Made by a program: the position numbers and the translations under genes | Shown here: positions 52,897 to 61,570 of the stretch, in pieces | Numbering within the stretch: the stretch's first letter is position 1 | Layout of the letters: every line of letters starts with the position of its first letter | From: a virus | Virus record (IMG/VR): IMGVR_UViG_3300008266_000037 | Span: 1-64,000 of that record | Strand: one strand, 5' to 3' | Length of the DNA: 64,000 bases | Notes under the pieces: generated by a model | Told to the model about the DNA's origin: nothing | What the model saw: the letters and a program-made list of their open reading frames with translations, nothing else | The model's database searches: none

Positions 52897-55400
52897 TCCG
52901 GAAGATCCCCAAAGACGGTCAAGTAAGCCACCGAAGTGGTCAGCACTGACGTTGAGAGGTCCAGTTTTGTGGACACATCAGAGTACCACGGATCATACCC
53001 CTTATTGCCCCACGTTTCGCACTTGTAGAACATGGGTGCTGTCCGGGCGACGCGGTTTGCGTCAATGACTGCGCCGACCCAGTGAGTGTATCCGGCTCCC
53101 GCGTTGTTAACGTATCTAGACCGCGCGACCTGACCGCCAATGACCTGCCTATGATCCCACATCTCAAGGCCATTCCAGTTTTCATCGGCCCACGTAGGGG
53201 TGGTAATGTTGTACTGAGCGTTGTCCTGAAGGTTGATGTTTGCAATGGCTCCGTACTCTGTTACAGCGCCTGTGGCTGGGTCGACCTTAATAGGTCTAAG
53301 GCGGGTGGCATTTCGGATCGGGAACATGCCTGCATACCCGCCGTCTCGCACACCCCATGGCGCATCTAGGCCGCCAACCGTTGGGTCAAAAACATTGGTC
53401 ACCTTGCAGGTGTGCGTGGCGGCACTCTCAAAGGTGTGGACCATAGTCCTCTGGGTTAGTCTTTCACCGGTCGGGCTTTCGTCGTAGTAAACCCCGGTGG
53501 AAACTATCTTCTTGCCATAGAAGGTTGTGTTAATCGGGTAGTTCTTCAGGTCGGCAGATTGCACCGGAAGGTTGCCCGTAGAGGCGTCTTCCGTTGTTCC
53601 GTAAAGGGTCCACGACACGCTTTCGAGGTGGCCGTGGCCGATGCCTGAGAGCTGATAGTTGGTCGTGTTTCCTGTGTCGTTAAAGTCGCCCGACATGGCG
53701 ACCGCCTCATAGGTTGAGGGAACGTGGCCAACGTCGGTAATGATGCCAGAGATCAGATCAAAAAAGCGGTGGTGAGCAAAGCGGTACTCATGATCCAGGC
53801 GACGGCACCCATGTGAGTTCAGTGCTGGGGCGTAGGTGTCTCCCTGAAACGCCCCCATGTCGAACAAGAAGTAGAAGTCGTAGTCTGTTTGACATCTGTC
53901 TGTGATGCCGTTTTCGTAGTGGTCAACAGGCTTATAGACCCTGATCTCCCACGTATAGGGCCCGACCTTAGTCATCTGCACGGGACGGAGAATGGAGGGA
54001 AGAAACCCTTGGGGCGCGTTGGAGGAGGTTGCCTTCGACGCCACTAGCGTGATTTTATCCGGCGGCTCAATCAGGTGCCATACGTTTACCGCTCCGGGAA
54101 AATCAGACCCGCTTGATGGGTTTCTCTGCATCCACAAGATGCTGTACTGAGACACCTCTCCGGGGCCAATCTGAGACACCCCGTCTGCCGCCCTGACATT
54201 AACCTGCGAAGAAAAGATGGCTCCCGTGTACTGTAGAATCTCTACGTTGTAAGACCCAGTAATGTTGGCAAGCGGTGCTGCCCACCTAAAGCGATACTGA
54301 GTGGCACCACCAGTTAGGGTTACATCCGACCTGATTGGTCTCAAGAAGTAGTTGTTTGCAGTGGTCGCAATCAGGCTTGTGGAAAGGGTGCATCCAGCAC
54401 CAGTCAGGCCAGCTGAAGCGGCAAACGACAGGGTGGGGGCGACGGGAGAGGCCCCAACATAACGGCCACGGGTGGCCAGAGTAACGGTGGTGAGGACGCC
54501 GCCAGAAACCACAAATGTCCCGGTCGGGTTGGAGGCAAAGTTGCCGCCAGAAAACGCCAAGGCAAAGGTACCGTCAGTTCCACCCGAACCGGCGGTTACT
54601 GAGCCAGCAGTACACCCGTACGGCGTTACAACCTCCAGCCAAATATCCGTGAAGGTGGAAAGCTGTGTCTTAGGGAGGGTGATGTCTGTAGAGATTGTGG
54701 CTACGTTTGCCACATTTCTAAAGTGCTGGATTTTGGTGGTGTCTGACGCGTGATCCGTCCAGTAGCCGTTTCCAGACGTGACAACAAACCCCGGAACAAG
54801 GGTGACGGATGCGCCAGTAAGACCGGTAGAGTTAGTGAAGGTCGCTGTTGGAGCCGTAGGAGATGCCCCTACATACAGCCCCGGACCAGTAATGGATACG
54901 GAGGTCAGCGCTCCACCGGATACGGTGAAAGTGCCTGTTGGATTTACCGAGAAGTTTCCGCCTGAAAAGGTCAGGTCGAAAGTGCCGTCGGTTCCGCCAG
55001 ATCCAGCGGTAAGCCCAGACGTGGAGGTAATCCCTCTGGGAACATTGGATGTTGCGGCGGGATAATAGTCTGAAGCAAGAACAGAGAACGCGGCTTCTGT
55101 TGCAGAGGCCTCAGCCTCGGCAGCAAGGTCCTCAACGACAGACCTGTCTGCTGCTGTCGCCACCGCGTCAATGGCGGACTGACCGCTGATTTCAGATACC
55201 TCAACCTCAAGAGCTGCAATCTCGTCAAGCGCTTGTTGGGCAAGTTCGGTTGGGGCTGTGGCGATGTAATCTTTAATCTGGCCAAGCAGAACCTTAACGG
55301 TGGTGTCGGTTCCAACCAGATTTACGCCAGCAATGGGGAGGCTGTCGCTCAGATCAACATCTGAAATGGTGGGCAACTCAGTGATTTTTCTTCGGGCCAT
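52893..55400 (-). CDS. tail fibre/receptor-binding protein with internal ~80-aa tandem duplication
   Basis: 835 aa. TAGSGGTDGTF(D/A)L(T/A)FSGGNF(S/A)(V/S)NPTGTF(T/V)VSGG module occurs twice. Confidence 0.6.
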   Translation of the reverse strand: MARRKITELPTISDVDLSDSLPIAGVNLVGTDTTVKVLLGQIKDYIATAPTELAQQALDEIAALEVEVSEISGQSAIDAVATAADRSVVEDLAAEAEASATEAAFSVLASDYYPAATSNVPRGITSTSGLTAGSGGTDGTFDLTFSGGNFSVNPTGTFTVSGGALTSVSITGPGLYVGASPTAPTATFTNSTGLTGASVTLVPGFVVTSGNGYWTDHASDTTKIQHFRNVANVATISTDITLPKTQLSTFTDIWLEVVTPYGCTAGSVTAGSGGTDGTFALAFSGGNFASNPTGTFVVSGGVLTTVTLATRGRYVGASPVAPTLSFAASAGLTGAGCTLSTSLIATTANNYFLRPIRSDVTLTGGATQYRFRWAAPLANITGSYNVEILQYTGAIFSSQVNVRAADGVSQIGPGEVSQYSILWMQRNPSSGSDFPGAVNVWHLIEPPDKITLVASKATSSNAPQGFLPSILRPVQMTKVGPYTWEIRVYKPVDHYENGITDRCQTDYDFYFLFDMGAFQGDTYAPALNSHGCRRLDHEYRFAHHRFFDLISGIITDVGHVPSTYEAVAMSGDFNDTGNTTNYQLSGIGHGHLESVSWTLYGTTEDASTGNLPVQSADLKNYPINTTFYGKKIVSTGVYYDESPTGERLTQRTMVHTFESAATHTCKVTNVFDPTVGGLDAPWGVRDGGYAGMFPIRNATRLRPIKVDPATGAVTEYGAIANINLQDNAQYNITTPTWADENWNGLEMWDHRQVIGGQVARSRYVNNAGAGYTHWVGAVIDANRVARTAPMFYKCETWGNKGYDPWYSDVSTKLDLSTSVLTTSVAYLTVFGDLPE

Positions 55401-55819
55401 TAGGTCAGCCTCATGAGTGCGTTGTACGCGTCACCGATAGGAAACTGAACGGTGTTTCCGGTTGGGGTAAACAAGCGGCTGCTGCCAAAGTTAAGAATCA
55501 TTATTGCCTTGTTGCCAGCTGACGCATTGTACAGCATGGCGCCGGAGGCGTAGAAACTGGCGCCGGGCCAAGACGGGTTATCCCAGTCAATCCATGCAGA
55601 GCCGTTAGAGTTTTGAAGGGTTTGGCCAGTAAGCAGCTTTCCTCCAGCCGTGTATCCAGTCCCGGTTACTTCACCGGCGGTAGTGTACACGGTTGTGTCT
55701 GGGCCTAGGTTTGCTGAGTTTGAGTATAGCGCAATGTAGATTGCGTCAAACTCAAGGTCATGAGCGCCCTGAAGAAGCTCCACCTTGCAGCTGGTTGGGA
55801 TGCATTGAATGATAGCCAT
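55400..55819 (-). CDS. hypothetical structural protein
   Basis: 139-aa ORF. Confidence 0.45.
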   Translation of the reverse strand: MAIIQCIPTSCKVELLQGAHDLEFDAIYIALYSNSANLGPDTTVYTTAGEVTGTGYTAGGKLLTGQTLQNSNGSAWIDWDNPSWPGASFYASGAMLYNASAGNKAIMILNFGSSRLFTPTGNTVQFPIGDAYNALMRLT

Positions 55820-55825
55820 TTAACC

Positions 55826-56182
55826 TCACGCGGCAACCGCCCTTGCCCTCACTGGCCTAGGGGGGACAATGTGCCCGTTCTTGACCAGTTCTTCTTCAAG
55901 GCGGCCCATGTGTTGAGAGAGGATCTGGATCTCTTGCTTCATCTCCTCCATCTCTTTTTTGGTCTCTGCCCTGTCGTCATGAAGGGCCTGAATCAGGATT
56001 TGGAAAGACTCATTAACAACCCTTTGGCTTTCCTCTGTCGCTCTCTTGGCAGCGTCTTTCGCCGCTATGTCAGCGGCGCGCTTTCCAACCCTATCAGTAA
56101 CCAACCATGTTAGAGTGCTGGAGAATAGAATGCCGACGAGGCCGATGACAGCAATGATGATTTCAGCTGGCACAGCATTCAC
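55826..56182 (-). CDS. membrane-anchored coiled-coil protein
   Basis: N-terminal TM helix followed by a coiled coil. Confidence 0.45.
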   Translation of the reverse strand: MNAVPAEIIIAVIGLVGILFSSTLTWLVTDRVGKRAADIAAKDAAKRATEESQRVVNESFQILIQALHDDRAETKKEMEEMKQEIQILSQHMGRLEEELVKNGHIVPPRPVRARAVAA

Positions 56183-56185
56183 AAC

Positions 56186-56965
56186 TCACGCCCCGGTCCA
56201 TTCAATAAGCACACACCCAGACATGCCAGCCCCACCGGCTGCGTTCAAGCCACCTCCGCCTCCGCCTCCGCCATATTGCCCTGCGGCTGCCGCCGTGCCC
56301 GCTACGTTTGCAGCGCCCCCAACGCCACCGCTACCCATGATGGAACATCCGCCACCGCCACCGCTGACGCCAGACTGGCCGCCAATAACGCCGCTTGGCG
56401 AAAAGAACGAGCGGGCTGCGCCGCCAGTGGTGCCCGATGAACCCGCACCGGAACCGCCACCGGTACCAGTTAGGTGAAACCCTACAGCGCCCGGAACGCC
56501 GCCAGCGGCGGCTGTACTGCCGGTGCCTGTGCCGCCAAGGCCCAGCGACGTTAGAGGAAACCCGGTTGACCCGGAAGCGCCCCCGTTACCCCCAGTTCCC
56601 GCGCCGCCAGCTGTCCCCGCCCCACCCGGAAACGCAACAGGGACAGCAACAAGCGCGCCCGTGATGCTGGAAGCTGTGGCCGCGCCGCTGCCGGGCGAAC
56701 CAATGGCACCACCAGCCGAACCCGCGCCAACAGTGATAGTCAGAGTAGAGCCGGGTGTAACGGATACAGGGAAGCGATACACCGCTGCGCCACCTCCACC
56801 GCCGCCACCAGCAGCGCCCGTGGCATGACCTCCGCCTCCGCCAGAGCCGCCGCCAACCAGAGTGGCAATGACCTGAGACACACCATCCGGGACAACAAAC
56901 GACCCGGAGTTGGTGAACAGCTGAGAGCGAGATCTCGATGAGGCAGAAGAGAAGTTGGGAATCAT
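56186..56965 (-). CDS. glycine-rich structural protein
   Basis: 259 aa with poly-Gly/Ala tracts. Confidence 0.5.
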   Translation of the reverse strand: MIPNFSSASSRSRSQLFTNSGSFVVPDGVSQVIATLVGGGSGGGGGHATGAAGGGGGGGAAVYRFPVSVTPGSTLTITVGAGSAGGAIGSPGSGAATASSITGALVAVPVAFPGGAGTAGGAGTGGNGGASGSTGFPLTSLGLGGTGTGSTAAAGGVPGAVGFHLTGTGGGSGAGSSGTTGGAARSFFSPSGVIGGQSGVSGGGGGCSIMGSGGVGGAANVAGTAAAAGQYGGGGGGGGLNAAGGAGMSGCVLIEWTGA

Positions 56966-56966
56966 C

Positions 56967-57389
56967 TTAGTTGCCCATCACATATACAACGTCGTTGAGC
57001 GTGCCGATGATGTGGACGGCGTTGGCGTTTGAGACGCTAATGGATAGGGCCTCTCCCGGAAGGAGAGAGAAGCCGTTTCCAGTGCCGTCATTAGTTGCCG
57101 TAACAGTAGGGCCACCAACAAATACCGCCCCAGCGTTGGTGTTTTTGGCCTTGATGGTCAGGCCATTCTTTAGGGCGCGAGCGGTGAGATTCGCCGCGCT
57201 GGCGGTGACCACCTGCTGGTCGGCATAGATGGAGGACTGAGCCCCGGTGGACTCACCATCTTGGTCAACAATGGTCACGACCTTTGCCACAGCGGTGGTG
57301 GTGGCGCCGGTCTTGGCCTGATACTTTCCGGAAGCTGGAATCTCAACGCCAGCCCAGTAGTTAGGGCCGTAGATCTGGTTAATCGCCAT
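56967..57389 (-). CDS. small structural protein
   Basis: 140-aa beta-rich ORF. Confidence 0.45.
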   Translation of the reverse strand: MAINQIYGPNYWAGVEIPASGKYQAKTGATTTAVAKVVTIVDQDGESTGAQSSIYADQQVVTASAANLTARALKNGLTIKAKNTNAGAVFVGGPTVTATNDGTGNGFSLLPGEALSISVSNANAVHIIGTLNDVVYVMGN

Positions 57390-57413
57390 GAGCTATCTCC
57401 TTTCGATAGCTGC

Positions 57414-57851
57414 TTAAGCGCCCAGCAGCAGGGACCAAACAGCGGCAGTTCCGGTGGTCATGGCGATGTACAGACCAGTCGTGCCAGCGGCTTGCGAAAT
57501 GCCAGTCCCGGTAGCGACGCCGTCAATGGTGTCGGTGCCTTGACCGAAGACCTGACAGGCGTTTGCGCCACGGTTGTCAATGATCAGGATCTGGCCGACC
57601 GCAGTCGGGGCGGGAAGTAGGACCGAATCGGCGGCGGTAGCCACGGTCGTGACGCGGTTAACCACAGCAGTAAGGGCTGTGGCAGAGCCTTTGCCGCCAC
57701 CAGCGCGAGCGGTGATCGCTCCAGAAACGCCAGTAAGGGCAAGGGTGGAGGCAGAGACTGCTCCGGTAACTTCGCCAGTCACATTGCCAGTCACATTGCC
57801 GACAAAGCCGTTGGTCGAGGTAACCGGTCCGGAGAAGGTGGTGTTAGCCAT
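57414..57851 (-). CDS. small structural protein (Thr/Gly/Ala-rich)
   Basis: 145-aa ORF. Confidence 0.45.
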   Translation of the reverse strand: MANTTFSGPVTSTNGFVGNVTGNVTGEVTGAVSASTLALTGVSGAITARAGGGKGSATALTAVVNRVTTVATAADSVLLPAPTAVGQILIIDNRGANACQVFGQGTDTIDGVATGTGISQAAGTTGLYIAMTTGTAAVWSLLLGA

Positions 57852-57980
57852 CGAATATATTCCTAATGCGAAGAAGCCCGTCCGTCTGCATTAGCGTCAG
57901 CGGAGATCACGCGCTGTCTGACGGGCCGAAAGATCCATCTCTACTCTACAGGCTAGGGTTCCTTTGTTGAAGCGGACAAC

Positions 57981-58006
57981 AAAAAAGGCGGGGCCGAAGC
58001 CCCGCC
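57981..58006 (-). terminator. strong rho-independent terminator after capsid gene
   Basis: Minus strand: GGCGGGGC-TTCG-GCCCCGCC hairpin followed by TTTTTT. Confidence 0.8.
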
Positions 58007-58033
58007 CTTCTGTCAAGTCCCAAATGGAACCTG

Positions 58034-58942
58034 TTAGGCGCCTGCCGAACCCCACATGGAGAGCGGATCGGTCCAGCCGAACGAATATCGCTCGCGCGCC
58101 TTGTACTTGAAGTTGCCGGTTTCGAAGTCGCCTTCGTCTGCGGTCTTCAGGGGAGCACGAACGAAGTGCTTCAGGCCGTTCGGCACATCGGTCTTGACGA
58201 ACCACGCATCCGCGTCAGTCAGGCGGTGCAGGACCGCATAACCTTCCGGGAACACGCCCATCGAGTTCATCGCCGAGATGTCGTTGTCAGCGGTGCCGAC
58301 CCGCATTTGCGTCTTCAGCAGACGCTCAGCGGTAAAGCTCAGATCCACAGGGATCATCAGCTTCTTCGGACGGCAGGCAATCAGAAGGCCACGTTCATCA
58401 ACCCACTTCTGGATTTGGATGCTCATGTCTTCAATCGCCGTCTCGTTCAGATCGACCGCAACAGCAGGCTTGTTGGCGTTCTGCATACCCGAAACAGTCG
58501 GGTGGTCAGTGTCCAGCAGGGGCTGGCCGTCACCGCCGAGGTAGGACGTGGAGAAGGCGTTGTTCAGGACCGAAGCGGCCTTGATTTCCTTCGTGTCCGA
58601 CATCGACTTAGCCAGAGCCTTGGTGTAGCGAGCGGCAAGCGCGTCGTACAGGTTGTCTTCAATCGCCTCTTCGGTGATTGCAAAGCCGAGCGCCACAACC
58701 TCGTGGGTGTAGCGGGCCGACCAGACTTCCTGAGCATTGTCGTAAACAATGCCAGCGCCTTCCGCCTTAGTCTGAGCGAGACCGAAGCCCGAGAGCTTCA
58801 GTTCCTCTTCCCAAGCACGGTCAGAGTTCTCGATGTCAAAGACCATCTTATACTCTTCGGGGTACTTGGCGTACTCCAGACCGAACAGCTTGTTCAGGCC
58901 CGGGACCAGCTCTTTTTGAAGCTGGGCGCGTGAAATAGCCAT
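58034..58942 (-). CDS. major capsid protein candidate
   Basis: 302 aa. Followed by the strong terminator. Sits downstream of scaffold-like and portal genes. Confidence 0.5.
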   Translation of the reverse strand: MAISRAQLQKELVPGLNKLFGLEYAKYPEEYKMVFDIENSDRAWEEELKLSGFGLAQTKAEGAGIVYDNAQEVWSARYTHEVVALGFAITEEAIEDNLYDALAARYTKALAKSMSDTKEIKAASVLNNAFSTSYLGGDGQPLLDTDHPTVSGMQNANKPAVAVDLNETAIEDMSIQIQKWVDERGLLIACRPKKLMIPVDLSFTAERLLKTQMRVGTADNDISAMNSMGVFPEGYAVLHRLTDADAWFVKTDVPNGLKHFVRAPLKTADEGDFETGNFKYKARERYSFGWTDPLSMWGSAGA

Positions 58943-58959
58943 CTTCTATTTGCTCCCTA

Positions 58960-59568
58960 TTAGCCGTTGTTAGAGGCGAGGATGTGGAAGGGACGGCTGA
59001 TAGTGACGAGTACGTCAGTGTACTGGCCGGTGGCCGCGTTGATGTTGTCCGGGGGAGTCGGCAGGCCAACCACCTTGAAGGGCAACGTGTTTCCAGCGGC
59101 AGGAGTGCCGTCGGTGTCCAGAGCAATCGAGCTGTTGCCAGTGGCTGCCGAACCGGCGGTGACGCCGTTCAGGGCATAGCACTTGCCGATGTTGGCGAGG
59201 GCATTGTAGGCCGTGGAGTTGGCCTGAATCTGGTAAACAATGTTGGGATCGTCGGCGATGTAGGCTTCAATGTCAGAAGCCGTCACCGAACCGGGGTAGT
59301 ATTGTTTCCAGATCTTATACCCAGTGTTGGGGTCCGTGTAGGAGCAACCCATGAACACGCCGATGAACTCATCGGGCGAGGACGTGGTGCCAAGATCGGC
59401 GGCAGAGCAGTTAACGATGTAGCCAGCAGAATACTGAACAGGCTGACCGAAGTAGAACACATCGGCTTCGCCAGACTCAATACGGTACAGGTTGGTCTGA
59501 CCCGAGCACGGGCTGCCGTTAAGCAGCCGAACCGGACGCAGGCCATAGGGGGCGGCAGTGAGCGCCAT
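58960..59568 (-). CDS. head protein (decoration/second capsid component?)
   Basis: 202-aa ORF. Confidence 0.45.
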   Translation of the reverse strand: MALTAAPYGLRPVRLLNGSPCSGQTNLYRIESGEADVFYFGQPVQYSAGYIVNCSAADLGTTSSPDEFIGVFMGCSYTDPNTGYKIWKQYYPGSVTASDIEAYIADDPNIVYQIQANSTAYNALANIGKCYALNGVTAGSAATGNSSIALDTDGTPAAGNTLPFKVVGLPTPPDNINAATGQYTDVLVTISRPFHILASNNG

Positions 59569-59609
59569 TTATGTCTCCGTGAGTTTAGGGGTTTGGCGCT
59601 GGTGCGCCG

Positions 59610-60044
59610 TCAGTCGGGTGAACGCGTGACTTTCGTCTCGCGGTTCTCAAAGATAGGCATTCGTTGATCCGGCGACGCATCCGAGGAGAACTGACGGTTC
59701 AGTCCGTCCACCTGAGAACGCGCCTTGTCTGCGAAGTACTTGTCCCGCGAACGGGCTCTCTCTTCGGGCATACGACACAGAACGAGACCACCGATCTCAA
59801 TGACGCCCGGCGTGTCGGTGTAGTCTGCGAGGTCGGGCTGCTCTTCAGCAGGAACCGGCTCCCATCCTTCACGTCTCCGCTTGGACATATTCATGATGTC
59901 GGTCTCGCCGAGGGACATCCTGCGAACCCATTTGAATCTCCAGCCGTCCATAGCTGCCGGTTGGGGCAGGGTGGCGGCGGGAGCCCAAGGCGTGGAACGA
60001 AGGGTTTCTTCTCGACTCTCGCTGTCTCTTGAGGCGCGGGTCAT
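59610..60044 (-). CDS. hypothetical head-module protein
   Basis: 144-aa ORF. Confidence 0.45.
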   Translation of the reverse strand: MTRASRDSESREETLRSTPWAPAATLPQPAAMDGWRFKWVRRMSLGETDIMNMSKRRREGWEPVPAEEQPDLADYTDTPGVIEIGGLVLCRMPEERARSRDKYFADKARSQVDGLNRQFSSDASPDQRMPIFENRETKVTRSPD

Positions 60045-60934
60045 TGTTTGTTCTCCATTTCGAGAAGGCTTTCCGCGTATTGTTTAGGCGTCAGCCCCAG
60101 TCTGCTGGCAAGGCGAACCTGACTAGCCGTTAGGGTGACTTGTTTGCGAGCCGGATTGCTCGATGTGCCCCTTGTTACGGGACTGACGGGGGAAGCACCC
60201 CTTCTTGGGGCCTCTCCCTTTGTCGGGAAGGCTTTCTTAACCCTCTCCGAAATACTTCTGTAGTACTCAGGCGTTCCCACGCTTTCCGGGTCATTCATCG
60301 CAGCTTGCTGATGAAGACCAACCGCATACGCCGTCATGTCTGGGTCCGTCCGGAACCAAGGGTTGGCGTCCATAAACGCCATCAGGTTCTGGTCAGACTC
60401 CGGATTATACGACTGACGCTGAGGAACCTGCTGAGGCGGGGGAGCCTCTTGCGGAACCGGCGCTTTGTAGCGGGAGTACTGTTCATGTTGTGGGCCAAGG
60501 CGGGACAGTTTGTCCGACGCTTCTGCCATCGCATCAGCATCACCAGTCTCAAAGGCCGCCTTAAACTCTTGCTTTGCCTGAAGGATCTCAGCCTCAACCC
60601 GGCCCTTTGCCTGATTGACGAACCCGCCTTCATACTGAATCAGCTGAGCCTGATACTGTCTATCGCGCTCAAGAAGGGCCTGAACAACCTTTGCGGCCTC
60701 TGCGGCTTCCCGTTCTGCGGCTTCCCGCTTACGGCGCTGGTCGTTCTTTTCCGCCGTTAGACGGTCGATTCTCTTCTTGGCGCGGGCACCAAGATCAGGA
60801 ATCTCAGCATCATCATCCAGCTTATCCTCATCACCATCCTCGATGGGTGAGAAGCCCCTGTCAGAATCTGGGGTATCGTCCTCGATGACAACCTCAAGGT
60901 CGTCTTCGGTGTTCTTGTCAGGTCTCTCGGTCAT
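60041..60934 (-). CDS. scaffolding-like protein
   Basis: 297 aa. Acidic N-terminus and a long charged coiled-coil (KKRIDRLTAEKNDQRRKREAAEREAAEAAK...). Confidence 0.5.
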   Translation of the reverse strand: MTERPDKNTEDDLEVVIEDDTPDSDRGFSPIEDGDEDKLDDDAEIPDLGARAKKRIDRLTAEKNDQRRKREAAEREAAEAAKVVQALLERDRQYQAQLIQYEGGFVNQAKGRVEAEILQAKQEFKAAFETGDADAMAEASDKLSRLGPQHEQYSRYKAPVPQEAPPPQQVPQRQSYNPESDQNLMAFMDANPWFRTDPDMTAYAVGLHQQAAMNDPESVGTPEYYRSISERVKKAFPTKGEAPRRGASPVSPVTRGTSSNPARKQVTLTASQVRLASRLGLTPKQYAESLLEMENKQ

Positions 60935-61302
60935 GCTCTGCTCACTTCCTCAGGATTGGTAACAACGGCGATAACACTGTCGTCGTTAATGAGGCGGTAT
61001 TCCCGCTCACCGATCTTGATGCGGCGGCCCGTGTAGGCGGCCATCATGATGGTGTCTCCCTCTTGGCAGTAGGATGAACCAGAGAATCTGGTCTCGTCCT
61101 TGTAGCAATCGGGGCCCATGCTAACGACGACGCCAAGAATACTGGCCACGTCTTCATCAGCCTTGCGGGAGTCAGGGATATACAGAGAGCCGACCTTGTC
61201 GGACACTTTTGCGAGGGCGATCAGAAGACGGAATCCTGTCGGCCTAATGGCCGATACTGCCTTCTCTCTTTCCTCGGGTGTGAGGCTTAGTTCGTATTTC
61301 AT
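60931..61302 (-). CDS. GroES/Cpn10-like co-chaperonin
   Basis: Cpn10 pattern: IRPTGFRLLIALAKV...GSLYIPDS...ILGVVVSMGPD...GDTIMMAAYTGRRIKIGEREYRLINDDSVIAVV. Confidence 0.5.
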   Translation of the reverse strand: MKYELSLTPEEREKAVSAIRPTGFRLLIALAKVSDKVGSLYIPDSRKADEDVASILGVVVSMGPDCYKDETRFSGSSYCQEGDTIMMAAYTGRRIKIGEREYRLINDDSVIAVVTNPEEVSRA

Positions 61303-61357
61303 CAGATCTCAGCAGGAGAAGAAACCGTCTCCAGATCGGTCGCCCCTTTATGGGGTA

Positions 61358-61570
61358 TTATGCGTCCTTCTCACTTCTAGCGAGTGAGTCGGCGAGGATC
61401 CGTTCTGCCTTCATCAGACCCTTTATCTCGCCCACCAACTCCCGGTAGGCGGCAAGGTCTTGAGGCGTTCCTTTAACGAGGGAAGCTGAATAGAGAGTGA
61501 TCAGGTCCCTGATGTCTTTAAGAGACCGCTCAAGCACCTTCATTTCCCTTATCTCTGGCGAGGGCCGCAA
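61358..61570 (-). CDS. hypothetical protein
   Basis: 70-aa ORF. Confidence 0.35.
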   Translation of the reverse strand: MRPSPEIREMKVLERSLKDIRDLITLYSASLVKGTPQDLAAYRELVGEIKGLMKAERILADSLARSEKDA

